This document shows positions 6,609 through 13,620 of a stretch of DNA of 13,620 bases, one piece after another (position 1 is the first letter of the stretch; each line of letters begins with the position of its first letter). Below the pieces are notes generated by a model that was given only the letters and a program-made list of their open reading frames with translations, was not told the origin of the DNA and made no database searches. Made by a program: the position numbers and the translations under genes. The stretch spans positions 1 through 13,620 of the forward strand of contig JBDGQO010000002.1 in the NCBI GenBank assembly GCA_042219045.1. The letters are read 5' to 3'. The DNA comes from Candidatus Bipolaricaulia bacterium (GTDB lineage: Bacteria; Bipolaricaulota; Bipolaricaulia; RBG-16-55-9).

Positions 6609-7175
6609 ATGGGCACGCTCTATATCGGCCTCCTCCACCATCCCGTGCTCGATCGCCACGGCGAGACCGCGACGACCTCGATTACAGGCCTCGATCTTCA
6701 CGATATCGCACGCACCGCCATGACCTACGGAGTGCGGAACTTTTTCATCGTCGAGCCCTTCCCGTCGCAGCGCGAGATCGCGGAGCGAATGCGGCGCTAC
6801 TGGCTTGACCTGGACGAGCCCGACGATCCGACGCGACGCGCAGACACGCTCAAGCCCGTTCGCATCCTCGCCAGCCTCGAGGACAGCCTCGATGCCATTG
6901 CCGAGGCCGAGGGCCAATCTCCTCTCGTCATCGGAACCTCGGCACAAGGGGGCCACGCCAGCGAGATCTCCTATCGGTCGCTGCGGGATCGGATTGAAAC
7001 CGACCTCGAGCCGGTGTATATTCTGTTCGGGACCGGCTGGGGCCTGGCGCCTGAGCTGTTGGGACGCGCCGACGGGATCTTGCCGCCGATTGCCGGTCCT
7101 GTTCCGTATAACCATCTCTCGGTCCGGGCTGCGGCAGCGGCGACACTCGACCGACTGCGGGGCCGCCGGGAGTAA
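6609..7175 (+). CDS. SPOUT-class SAM-dependent RNA methyltransferase, Tm1570/DUF2168-like, 188 aa
   Basis: LYIGLLHHPV...TTSITGLDLHDIARTAMTYGV, FGTGWGL and YNHLSVRAAAAATLDRL motifs. Homology begins at ATG 6609, 2 nt after the trmD stop. This family commonly follows or is fused to trmD. Confidence 0.88.
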   Translation: MGTLYIGLLHHPVLDRHGETATTSITGLDLHDIARTAMTYGVRNFFIVEPFPSQREIAERMRRYWLDLDEPDDPTRRADTLKPVRILASLEDSLDAIAEAEGQSPLVIGTSAQGGHASEISYRSLRDRIETDLEPVYILFGTGWGLAPELLGRADGILPPIAGPVPYNHLSVRAAAAATLDRLRGRRE

Positions 7176-7190
7176 CCCAGGAGCGAACGT

Positions 7191-7556
7191 ATGGATGACC
7201 TCATTCGAGCATTGGAGACCGAAGTTCGAGAACGGACGAGCGACGACGGATCGCCCCGCGACATTCCGGAGTTCGGCGCGGGGGACCGCATCCGCGTCCA
7301 GGAGCGCGTGACCGAAGGGCTCGGCGAAGGCCGCAGCCGCGTCCAGACGTTTGACGGGATCGTGATTCAGGTCAAAGGGGCCGGCTTGGCCAAGACGTTC
7401 ACGGTCCGCAAGGAGTCCTTCGGCATCGGGGTGGAGAAGATCTTTCCGCTCCATTCGCCCAAGATCGAAAGCATAGAGCTCGTGGAACGCGGCAACGTCC
7501 GCCAGTCCCGGCCGTTCTACTTGCGCCAACTGCGCATGCGCCAGCGGCGCCGCTAA
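7191..7556 (+). CDS. rplS: 50S ribosomal protein L19
   Basis: IPEFGAGDRIRV, RVQTFDGIVI and TFTVRKESFGIGVEKIFPLHSPKI motifs; SD AGGAG (7179-7183). Confidence 0.96.
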   Translation: MDDLIRALETEVRERTSDDGSPRDIPEFGAGDRIRVQERVTEGLGEGRSRVQTFDGIVIQVKGAGLAKTFTVRKESFGIGVEKIFPLHSPKIESIELVERGNVRQSRPFYLRQLRMRQRRR

Positions 7557-7574
7557 CGGCTTAAACTCGGTTTG

Positions 7575-8480
7575 ATGCAACGCGACGACGACCGACAACC
7601 CGAATCGGAGGATCAGCCCGAGCGCGAGACGCCTGACCGCGACGCGTCGCCCCGAGACGCGTTCGCTCAAGATCCGTGGGCCATCGACGAGCAGCAAGCC
7701 GACGCGAGGGAGCCGACCCCATCGTCACCCCTCGACGAGGGCGATTCCGCTTCAGAAGCTGACCCGGCCACAATCCAACCCGATCAGCCGCAAGGGCCCA
7801 AGCCGTTGCTGGCGCGGATGTTCAACAAGATCGGGATTCCGACCCGTCCGGGGGTCGATTGGGTACTCGACTGGATCCAAGTCTTGGTCATTGCGGGGAT
7901 TTTGGCTTGGGTTGTCATGAACTACGGCATTGTCCGCATGCGCGTGCCGACGGGGTCGATGGAGCCGACGATCATGCCCGGCGACAGCTTTTTCGTCGAC
8001 AAGTTCACCTACCTGTTGGGGGTCAATTCCCCCGAGCCGGGCGATATCATCGTCTTCTGGCACACCGACAACTCCCGCATGTGCCCGGAAAACCGCTTGC
8101 TCTATTGGAGCTGGGGAAAGCTTGAGCCGTGCAAGGAGCGCTACGTCAAGCGGCTGATTGCTGAAGGGCCTGCGAAGGTGGCCATTCGACAGGGCGATGT
8201 GTACGTCGACGGCGAGCTGCGCGACGGCCCGGCCTTTGATCGCGACTACGTCTGTCGCGCGGGGGCGCCGCGCAATCCCGAGGCCCGCGACGCCGAAGGG
8301 TGCTCCTGGGACGTGCCGGATGGGAAGATGTTCGTCCTTGGCGACAACACCAGGAACAGTTCCGACAGTCGCTATTGGGGCTTTGCCAATGTGAGCACCC
8401 TGATCGGCGAGCCCTTCTTCCGCGTCTGGCCCGTCAATCGCATCGGGCCAATGAACGGCTACTTCGGCAGTGGGCGCTAG
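7575..8480 (+). CDS. lepB: Signal peptidase I
   Basis: Single TM segment, catalytic Ser in PTGSMEPT, catalytic Lys in YVKR, and GDNTRNSSDSRYWG. Position after rplS is common. The exact start is uncertain because of the long acidic N-terminus. Confidence 0.94.
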   Translation: MQRDDDRQPESEDQPERETPDRDASPRDAFAQDPWAIDEQQADAREPTPSSPLDEGDSASEADPATIQPDQPQGPKPLLARMFNKIGIPTRPGVDWVLDWIQVLVIAGILAWVVMNYGIVRMRVPTGSMEPTIMPGDSFFVDKFTYLLGVNSPEPGDIIVFWHTDNSRMCPENRLLYWSWGKLEPCKERYVKRLIAEGPAKVAIRQGDVYVDGELRDGPAFDRDYVCRAGAPRNPEARDAEGCSWDVPDGKMFVLGDNTRNSSDSRYWGFANVSTLIGEPFFRVWPVNRIGPMNGYFGSGR

Positions 8481-8540
8481 CCGTCCGCTGCTTCCGCTCA
8501 ACGTGTCAGCAATGGAACCATCGTAACGGACAGCTGGCCT

Positions 8541-8569
8541 TCGCCAAGTGCTTCCGTATCGCCTAAGCT
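8541..8569 (+). promoter_or_regulatory. Possible promoter for the SLH-protein gene
   Basis: TCGCCA (8541-8546)-N17-TAAGCT (8564-8569), upstream of SD AAGGAG (8586-8591). Confidence 0.35.
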
Positions 8570-8600
8570 AGCAGCACGTTTCTCCAAGGAGCGTGATACC

Positions 8601-9335
8601 GTGCGTCAATCGATCCCCCGGTGGGGGTTGTTCGTGATCGTGGCGCTGTTGGCCTTGGGATTAAGCAGCGCGACCCAAGCCGACGGCCCGGTCGACCAAG
8701 AAAAGCAGAAGACCCAACAATCGGACGACAGCAGTGCGAATGGCGACGGCATTCCCTTCCAGGACGTGCCGGCCAACCACTGGGCCGCGGACGACGTGAG
8801 GTATCTTGTCGATCAAGGGGTCATCGAAGGCGTCCCCGGCGGCGAGTTCCAGGGTGAGCGGTCGCCGACCCGCTACGAGGTCGCCACGATGCTCTCGCGA
8901 GCGCTTCAGGGGCTCGAAAAGATGCAGCCCCAAACGGCTTCCCAAACCGCGTCCAGCGGGCAGCCGATCCGCAAGGAAGACCTCCAGGTGCTGCGGGACC
9001 TCATCTTCAAGATCAGCGACCGCGTCCAGGCCCTCAACGGCGAGGTCGACAAGCTCAAGAACGAGAACCCGGAGATCGATCCCCAACTCCGCAAGCGCAT
9101 CCAGAACGTCGAGTCACAATCGGATCGCATCAGCCAGTTGCAGAGCACGGTGAAAAAGCAGCGCCAGCAGCTCAACAAGCTCCAAAAGCGCATGGAGTCG
9201 TTCCAGGTTGAGTCGACGACGGCCACCGAGAAGCAACTGGCCAAAGCCGATCAGCAGATCCTGGCCAACCGGATTATCGGCATCACGGGGCTGCTGTTCT
9301 CCGTGGTCGGCATCGCGTTGACGACGCTGCGCTAA
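8601..9335 (+). CDS. Secreted S-layer-homology (SLH) domain protein with coiled coil and C-terminal membrane anchor (Omp-alpha-like)
   Basis: GTG start with SD AAGGAG. Signal peptide to about ATQA (aa 27); SLH domain FQDVPANHWA...GVIEGVPGGEFQG...TRYEVATMLSRAL (aa 53-102); heptad-rich aa ~124-223; hydrophobic tail IIGITGLLFSVVGIAL then TTLR. Confidence 0.85.
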   Translation: MRQSIPRWGLFVIVALLALGLSSATQADGPVDQEKQKTQQSDDSSANGDGIPFQDVPANHWAADDVRYLVDQGVIEGVPGGEFQGERSPTRYEVATMLSRALQGLEKMQPQTASQTASSGQPIRKEDLQVLRDLIFKISDRVQALNGEVDKLKNENPEIDPQLRKRIQNVESQSDRISQLQSTVKKQRQQLNKLQKRMESFQVESTTATEKQLAKADQQILANRIIGITGLLFSVVGIALTTLR

Positions 9336-9378
9336 GGACGCCCCGGCGTTCGTGACGTCGTCGTCTGTCGGTGGAGGG

Positions 9379-9405
9379 AAAAGGGCAGATCACGCGGATC
9401 TGCCC
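9379..9405 (-). terminator. Intrinsic terminator for tig-clpP
   Basis: Perfect 9-bp stem GGGCAGATC (9383-9391)/GATCTGCCC (9397-9405) with a 5-nt loop, followed on the minus strand by TTTT. Lies between convergent genes. Confidence 0.7.
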
Positions 9406-9459
9406 CGATAAATCGCTTGCGGCGGATAAGCACACTGGCGTGGCAGCAGCTTTGCAGTG

Positions 9460-10062
9460 CTAGTCCTTGCGCGAGGCGATGATGTCGTCGACGAGCCCGT
9501 AATCGAGGGCCTCCTCGGCCGAAAGGAAGAAGTCGCGGTCCGTGTCCTGCTCGATTCGGTCGATCGGCTGATTCGTGTGGTGCGAGAGCATCTCGTTGAT
9601 CCGCTCGCGAACCTTGACGAGCTCTTGGGCGTGGATCTGCACGTCGCTGGCCTGACCCTGCGCGCCGCCCAACGGCTGGTGCATGTGGATGCGGGAGTTG
9701 GGCAGTGCCAGGCGCTTGCCGTGGGTCCCGGCCGCGAGCAAGATCGTCCCCATGCTGGCCGCCTGTCCCACGCAGATCGTGGAGACGTCGCATCGGACGT
9801 ACTGGACCGTGTCGTACATCGCCATCCCGGCGGTCACGGAGCCGCCGGGGCTGTTGATGTAGAGATGGATGTCCTGGTCGGGGTTCTTCGACTCCAGAAA
9901 GATCAACTGTGCCACGATCAGGTTGGCGGTGTAGTCGTCGATCGGCCCCTGCAGAAAGACGATTCGATCTTCCAGGAGCCGCGAATAAATGTCGTAGCTG
10001 CGCTCTTGTTGCCCCGTTCGATCGATGACGAACGGGATCAGTTGGGCGTGTTCATTGGCCAT
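9460..10062 (-). CDS. clpP: ATP-dependent Clp protease proteolytic subunit, 200 aa
   Basis: [20 protein letters not shown] and the catalytic triad motifs AASMG, HQP and DRD. SD GAGGAGG just upstream places the start at ATG 10062, overlapping the tig end by 11 nt. Confidence 0.97.
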   Translation of the reverse strand: MANEHAQLIPFVIDRTGQQERSYDIYSRLLEDRIVFLQGPIDDYTANLIVAQLIFLESKNPDQDIHLYINSPGGSVTAGMAMYDTVQYVRCDVSTICVGQAASMGTILLAAGTHGKRLALPNSRIHMHQPLGGAQGQASDVQIHAQELVKVRERINEMLSHHTNQPIDRIEQDTDRDFFLSAEEALDYGLVDDIIASRKD

Positions 10063-11305
10063 CGGGCGAGTCCTCCTCGTCCTCATTGTCCTCACTGTCG
10101 GTATCGTTGGTGCCGCTCGAGGTGGCCGTCTCCGCGTCGAGACCGAGCATCTCGGTCAAACGGTCCAACGCCAGTCGGTTCTCCCGCTCGTGGCGGAAAT
10201 GCTCCAACTGCTCCTCGCGCTCTAACAAGGCCCGGAACTTCACCACGGGCATGTCGTACTCCGCGGCCTGCTCTTCGAGATACGCCTCGAAGTCCTCGTC
10301 GCTCAGCTCGACGCCCTCGCGGGCTTTGAACGCGTTGAGCACGCGCTCGCGCTTGAGCCGTTGTTCGATCTCCTCGCGCAGCTCGGTCTTTTGCTCCTCC
10401 GTCGGTTCATGGCCCTGCTGTTGAAAATGTTGGAGTTCCTGCTCCAGCGACTCGTCGACCACGCCGCCGGGAACTCCCACGTCGCTGGCCTCGACAAGCG
10501 CGTCCAGAATTGCGGTGTGGACCTGCTTGTCGTGTTGCTGTGAGGCTCGCTGGCGCAGGTCGTCTCGGACGGCCTCGCGCAGCGCCTCCGCGTCGTCGTG
10601 ACCGACCGTTGCCGCTAGATCTTCCAGGTCGGGCAACTCCAGGTCGTTGACGCTCTCCACGGTCACCATGATGCTCTGATCGTCTCGGGTCGAGATCGTG
10701 GCCTGATCGCCGACTTGGTGGCCGATCAGCGCCCCCGTGGAACCTTCGGCCTGGGCCTGCAGTTCCTTGCTCTGCCCGCTGCCGGTCTTGACCGTCACGA
10801 CGTCCTCATCCTCGATGGCGGCTGCTTCGTCGTCCTTGGGGACGAGCGTGGCGTGCTGGTAGCGCATCTCCTCGATCATGTCGTCGACGTCGTCGTCGTT
10901 GATCTCGGGCGATTCGGGCAGATCGACGTCGATGGCGGAGACGTCCGCGGGCAGTTCGACCTCGGGAAAGACCTCCACGTCGAGCTGGAACCGGAACGGC
11001 TGTCCCGCCTCAAATTCCAAATCCCGCAATTCGGGCCGGCTCGCCGGGCGGATCTCATGGGCCTCGAGCGCCTCAGGCAGGTGCTCCTCGATCAGTTCCT
11101 GTTGCGCGTCTTCATAGAGGAAATCCGAGCCGAAGCGCATCTCGAGATAGCTCCGCGGGACGTGGCCCTTGCGGAACCCGGGCACCTCGATCTCCTTGAC
11201 GATGCGCTTGTAGACCGCATCCAGCTTCGCGTCCACGTCCTCGGCGGGAATTTCCACGTCAATGCGGTACGTGGTCTCGTCCTGCTGTTCAATGTCCGTC
11301 TTCAC
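10052..11305 (-). CDS. tig: Trigger factor, 417 aa, with reduced PPIase domain
   Basis: Ribosome-binding signature [18 protein letters not shown], helical C-domain, and position before clpP. Start reassigned to GTG 11305 (MKTDIE...) with SD GAGGG 8 nt upstream. Confidence 0.93.
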   Translation of the reverse strand: MKTDIEQQDETTYRIDVEIPAEDVDAKLDAVYKRIVKEIEVPGFRKGHVPRSYLEMRFGSDFLYEDAQQELIEEHLPEALEAHEIRPASRPELRDLEFEAGQPFRFQLDVEVFPEVELPADVSAIDVDLPESPEINDDDVDDMIEEMRYQHATLVPKDDEAAAIEDEDVVTVKTGSGQSKELQAQAEGSTGALIGHQVGDQATISTRDDQSIMVTVESVNDLELPDLEDLAATVGHDDAEALREAVRDDLRQRASQQHDKQVHTAILDALVEASDVGVPGGVVDESLEQELQHFQQQGHEPTEEQKTELREEIEQRLKRERVLNAFKAREGVELSDEDFEAYLEEQAAEYDMPVVKFRALLEREEQLEHFRHERENRLALDRLTEMLGLDAETATSSGTNDTDSEDNEDEEDSPDGQ

Positions 11306-11340
11306 GCGAGCATCCCTCACTTCTTGCCGTCTAGATGCGT

Positions 11341-11346
11341 ATTATA
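11341..11346 (-). promoter_or_regulatory. -10 element of the tig-clpP promoter
   Basis: Perfect TATAAT on the minus strand, 35 nt upstream of the tig start in GC-rich DNA. Only weak -35 candidates are present. Confidence 0.55.
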
Positions 11347-11433
11347 CAAGATGACGGACGCCCATTGCCACCGACGTTCGGCCGTTTGGCCCCATGCTGA
11401 GCGACCTGCTACGCTCGGAGCGGTGACCCCCTC

Positions 11434-12831
11434 GTGCTCTGGCTACGGATCCTCGCCGCCCGTCGTTGGCTGATCGTTGGCCTGCTGGCCGGTGCCATCG
11501 TCATGATCCTGCCGCTGGACATGCCGAGTCCGGAGGCCCATCGGACATTGGCGATCCTGGCCACCGCCATCGTCTTCCTCATTACCGAGCCCATTCCCTT
11601 GCCGGCCACGGCCCTGTTCATCGCCGTCGCCCAAGTCGGACTGGCGTTGGGGGAGCCGAACGAGGTCGCCCGCTCGTTCATGAGCGACTCCGTCTTCTTC
11701 GTCATGGGATCGCTCATGATCTCCGTGGCGATCGTCAAACAGAAACTGGATGTGCGGATCGCTTTCGGGTTGATGCGCTTGGCCGGGCCGAGTGTCGGGC
11801 GACTCACCGTGGGCATCACGACGATCTCGGCCCTGCTGGCCTCCGTCGTCGGCGAGCACACGGTCGCCGCGATCATGTTCCCCGTCGCGCTCGGCATCCT
11901 CAAGACCGTGGAGGAGGACCGTCCCCACGTGCCGAACCTTGCGGCGCTGCTGTTGCTCAGTATCGTCTACGGCTGCGCCATCGCCAGCCTCGGCACCCCC
12001 TCGGGCGGGGCCCGCAATGCGATCCTCATCGACTACTGGAGCCAGCTCTTCGACATCGAGATCGGCTACGCCACCTGGGTCGCCTACGCCTATCCGATGG
12101 TCATTCTCCAGATTCCGTTTGTCCCGTTGGTGCTCTGGTGGACGTATCGGCCGGAGGTCCGCAACTTGAAGCGCTCGCTCGTGCGGCTGCGCCGGGACGT
12201 CCGCGGGCGGGGCCAGCTTTCGCGCCGCGACTTCCACGTCATCGGCGTGTTTCTGCTCATCCTGCTCGGCTGGATCGCGTTGAGCGACACGCTCGGTCTC
12301 GGCATGGTGGCCATCGCGGGAGCCGGGCTCTACTTGGCCACGGGCCTCGTCCGCTGGGACGATCTCAACTCGGGGGTCAACTGGGGCGTCGTCTGGCTCT
12401 ACGCCGCGGCCATTTCGCTCGGCGTCCAGGTCAAGCAGACGGGGGCCGCCGAATGGCTTGCCACGCACTTATTGGGCATCATGGGGCCGATGTCGGGAAT
12501 AGGCGTGCTGCTGGTGATCGCGCTGTTGATGCTGCTCTTTACCAACATCATGAGCAGCGGCGCTGCGGTGGCCGTGCTGGGCTCGATCACGCTGCAGATG
12601 GCCGAGATTTCCGGAACGAGCCTGATTGCGGCCGGCTTCGTCACGGCGTTGGCCTCGGCGTTCACGTTCATGACGACGTTCGCCTCTCCCGCTGCGATGA
12701 TCGTCTACACCAGCGGCCGGCTGAGGCCGAGCGACTTCGGCCGCGCCGGGGCGAAGCTGGCCGTGGCGTCGGTGACGATGCTGATGTTGCTTGCGTGGGC
12801 TTATTGGCCCTGGCTGGGGCTGAGCCAATAG
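11434..12831 (+). CDS. DASS/SLC13-family (divalent anion:Na+ symporter) permease
   Basis: Highly hydrophobic 465 aa with ITEPIPLPATAL, LDVRIA, SLGTPSGGARNAI, VNWGVVWLYAAAISLG and ASPAAMIVYTSG; two-repeat DASS organisation. Confidence 0.9.
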   Translation: MLWLRILAARRWLIVGLLAGAIVMILPLDMPSPEAHRTLAILATAIVFLITEPIPLPATALFIAVAQVGLALGEPNEVARSFMSDSVFFVMGSLMISVAIVKQKLDVRIAFGLMRLAGPSVGRLTVGITTISALLASVVGEHTVAAIMFPVALGILKTVEEDRPHVPNLAALLLLSIVYGCAIASLGTPSGGARNAILIDYWSQLFDIEIGYATWVAYAYPMVILQIPFVPLVLWWTYRPEVRNLKRSLVRLRRDVRGRGQLSRRDFHVIGVFLLILLGWIALSDTLGLGMVAIAGAGLYLATGLVRWDDLNSGVNWGVVWLYAAAISLGVQVKQTGAAEWLATHLLGIMGPMSGIGVLLVIALLMLLFTNIMSSGAAVAVLGSITLQMAEISGTSLIAAGFVTALASAFTFMTTFASPAAMIVYTSGRLRPSDFGRAGAKLAVASVTMLMLLAWAYWPWLGLSQ

Positions 12832-12899
12832 GCGTTGGTCGTCATGATAGGCACCCTTAGAAGGGACCGAGCGATGATGGGAGAACGGAGCCGATAGCC

Positions 12900-13620
12900 A
12901 TGCGGCGGATTCTCGTGCCGGTGGCCCACCTTGACAGCTGCCGGGGGGCCATTGCGCTCGGCGGCGAGTTGGCGCGCCATCTCGACGTTGCCCTCACGAT
13001 CCTCCATGTGTCGACGGAGGCGAGCCAATCGCTGTTGGGCGGGCGACTGGCCGCCGGCAAGCTGGCCGAGTGGGGCATCGAGCCGCCCTCGTTCCAACTG
13101 CTGCGCGACGCCGAGCAGATCCTGATCGACGACGGGGTCCTACAAACGGACGAGCAGGGGCACCCGTTGGAAGTCCATTCCCTGAAGCTGTTGGCCGAGG
13201 GGCTCTACGAGGTCCATCGCGTCAGCCAGCGCGGCCAGAACGTGCGCTTCCGGCTGCGCGAGGGCGATCCCGTTCGCCAAGTGCTGCGCGAGCTGGAGGA
13301 CCCGAACTACGACCTCGTCGTCTCCGGCACCCGGCCGATCGGCGGGTTCCGGCGCTTCTGGGTCGGCAGCATCGCTCAATCCATTGCCCAGTATGCGCCC
13401 TGCTCCGCGCTGCTCGCGAAAAACCTACGGGAGGATCAGGGGATTTTGGTCGGGGTCAGCGGCCGCGAGACCGCGCTCGAAGCCGTCCGACAGGCGGCGG
13501 AGCTCGCGTGGATCCGCGGCGTGCCACTCGGACTGCTCGCGGCCCCGCCGGACGACGAGGGACGGGCCATGGCGCAGGACCATCTCAACCAAGCGGAAGC
13601 CGCGATTGAGCCCGAGATCC
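12900..13620 (+). CDS. Tandem-domain universal stress protein (3' partial; not in ORF track)
   Basis: Hand translation is open to the window end: MRRILVPVAHLDSCRGAIALGGELARHLDVALTILHV...LREGDPVRQVL...YDLVVSGTR...VGSIAQSIAQYAPCSALLAK, then a second domain starting GILVGVSG. SD GGAG (12887-12890). Confidence 0.88.
   Translation, partial: MRRILVPVAHLDSCRGAIALGGELARHLDVALTILHVSTEASQSLLGGRLAAGKLAEWGIEPPSFQLLRDAEQILIDDGVLQTDEQGHPLEVHSLKLLAEGLYEVHRVSQRGQNVRFRLREGDPVRQVLRELEDPNYDLVVSGTRPIGGFRRFWVGSIAQSIAQYAPCSALLAKNLREDQGILVGVSGRETALEAVRQAAELAWIRGVPLGLLAAPPDDEGRAMAQDHLNQAEAAIEPEI

Noticed and set aside
8489..8556. TGCTTCCG direct repeat 60 nt apart in the lepB-SLH gap
   Set aside because: Only two 8-nt copies; not CRISPR-like and within chance.
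9336..9351. Weak hairpin right after the SLH gene stop
   Set aside because: 6-bp stem with a G-U pair and no U-tract; insufficient for a terminator call.
11466..12860. 464-aa alternative-frame ORF over the DASS gene, and 13070-13609 over the USP gene
   Set aside because: Arg/Pro/Gly-rich off-frame translations typical of GC-rich DNA; the other frame carries the family motifs.
1..13620. CRISPR arrays, tRNA/rRNA genes, transposases, integrases and defence genes
   Set aside because: Recognisable genes account for nearly all the sequence, the gaps are short (at most about 220 nt), and none shows periodic repeats, cloverleaf motifs or terminal inverted repeats.

Overview
GC-rich bacterial core-genome window, read entirely by eye. 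It holds a minus-strand tlyC/CNNM-CBS gene followed by a 56-aa Arc/ribbon-helix-helix gene that the ORF track missed, and a divergent accB-accC pair. Next is a translation/secretion operon, ffh-rpsP-khpA-trmD-(Tm1570-like SPOUT methyltransferase)-rplS-lepB, which lacks rimM. It is followed by a secreted SLH + coiled-coil + C-terminal TM protein with Thermotoga Omp-alpha-like architecture, a convergent tig-clpP pair without clpX, and a DASS/SLC13 permease with a tandem universal stress protein that runs off the window. I saw no mobile element, CRISPR array, tRNA or rRNA. Very acidic proteins suggest a halophile, possibly Bipolaricaulota-like (inference only). I cannot claim a clearly new multi-gene system. 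The best leads are a switch-like accB leader, the Omp-alpha-like tether, a TrmD with two conserved acidic residues replaced next to an uncharacterised SPOUT enzyme, the RHH gene with a candidate operator, and recurring TTGCAA-N17-TAAAAT promoters.
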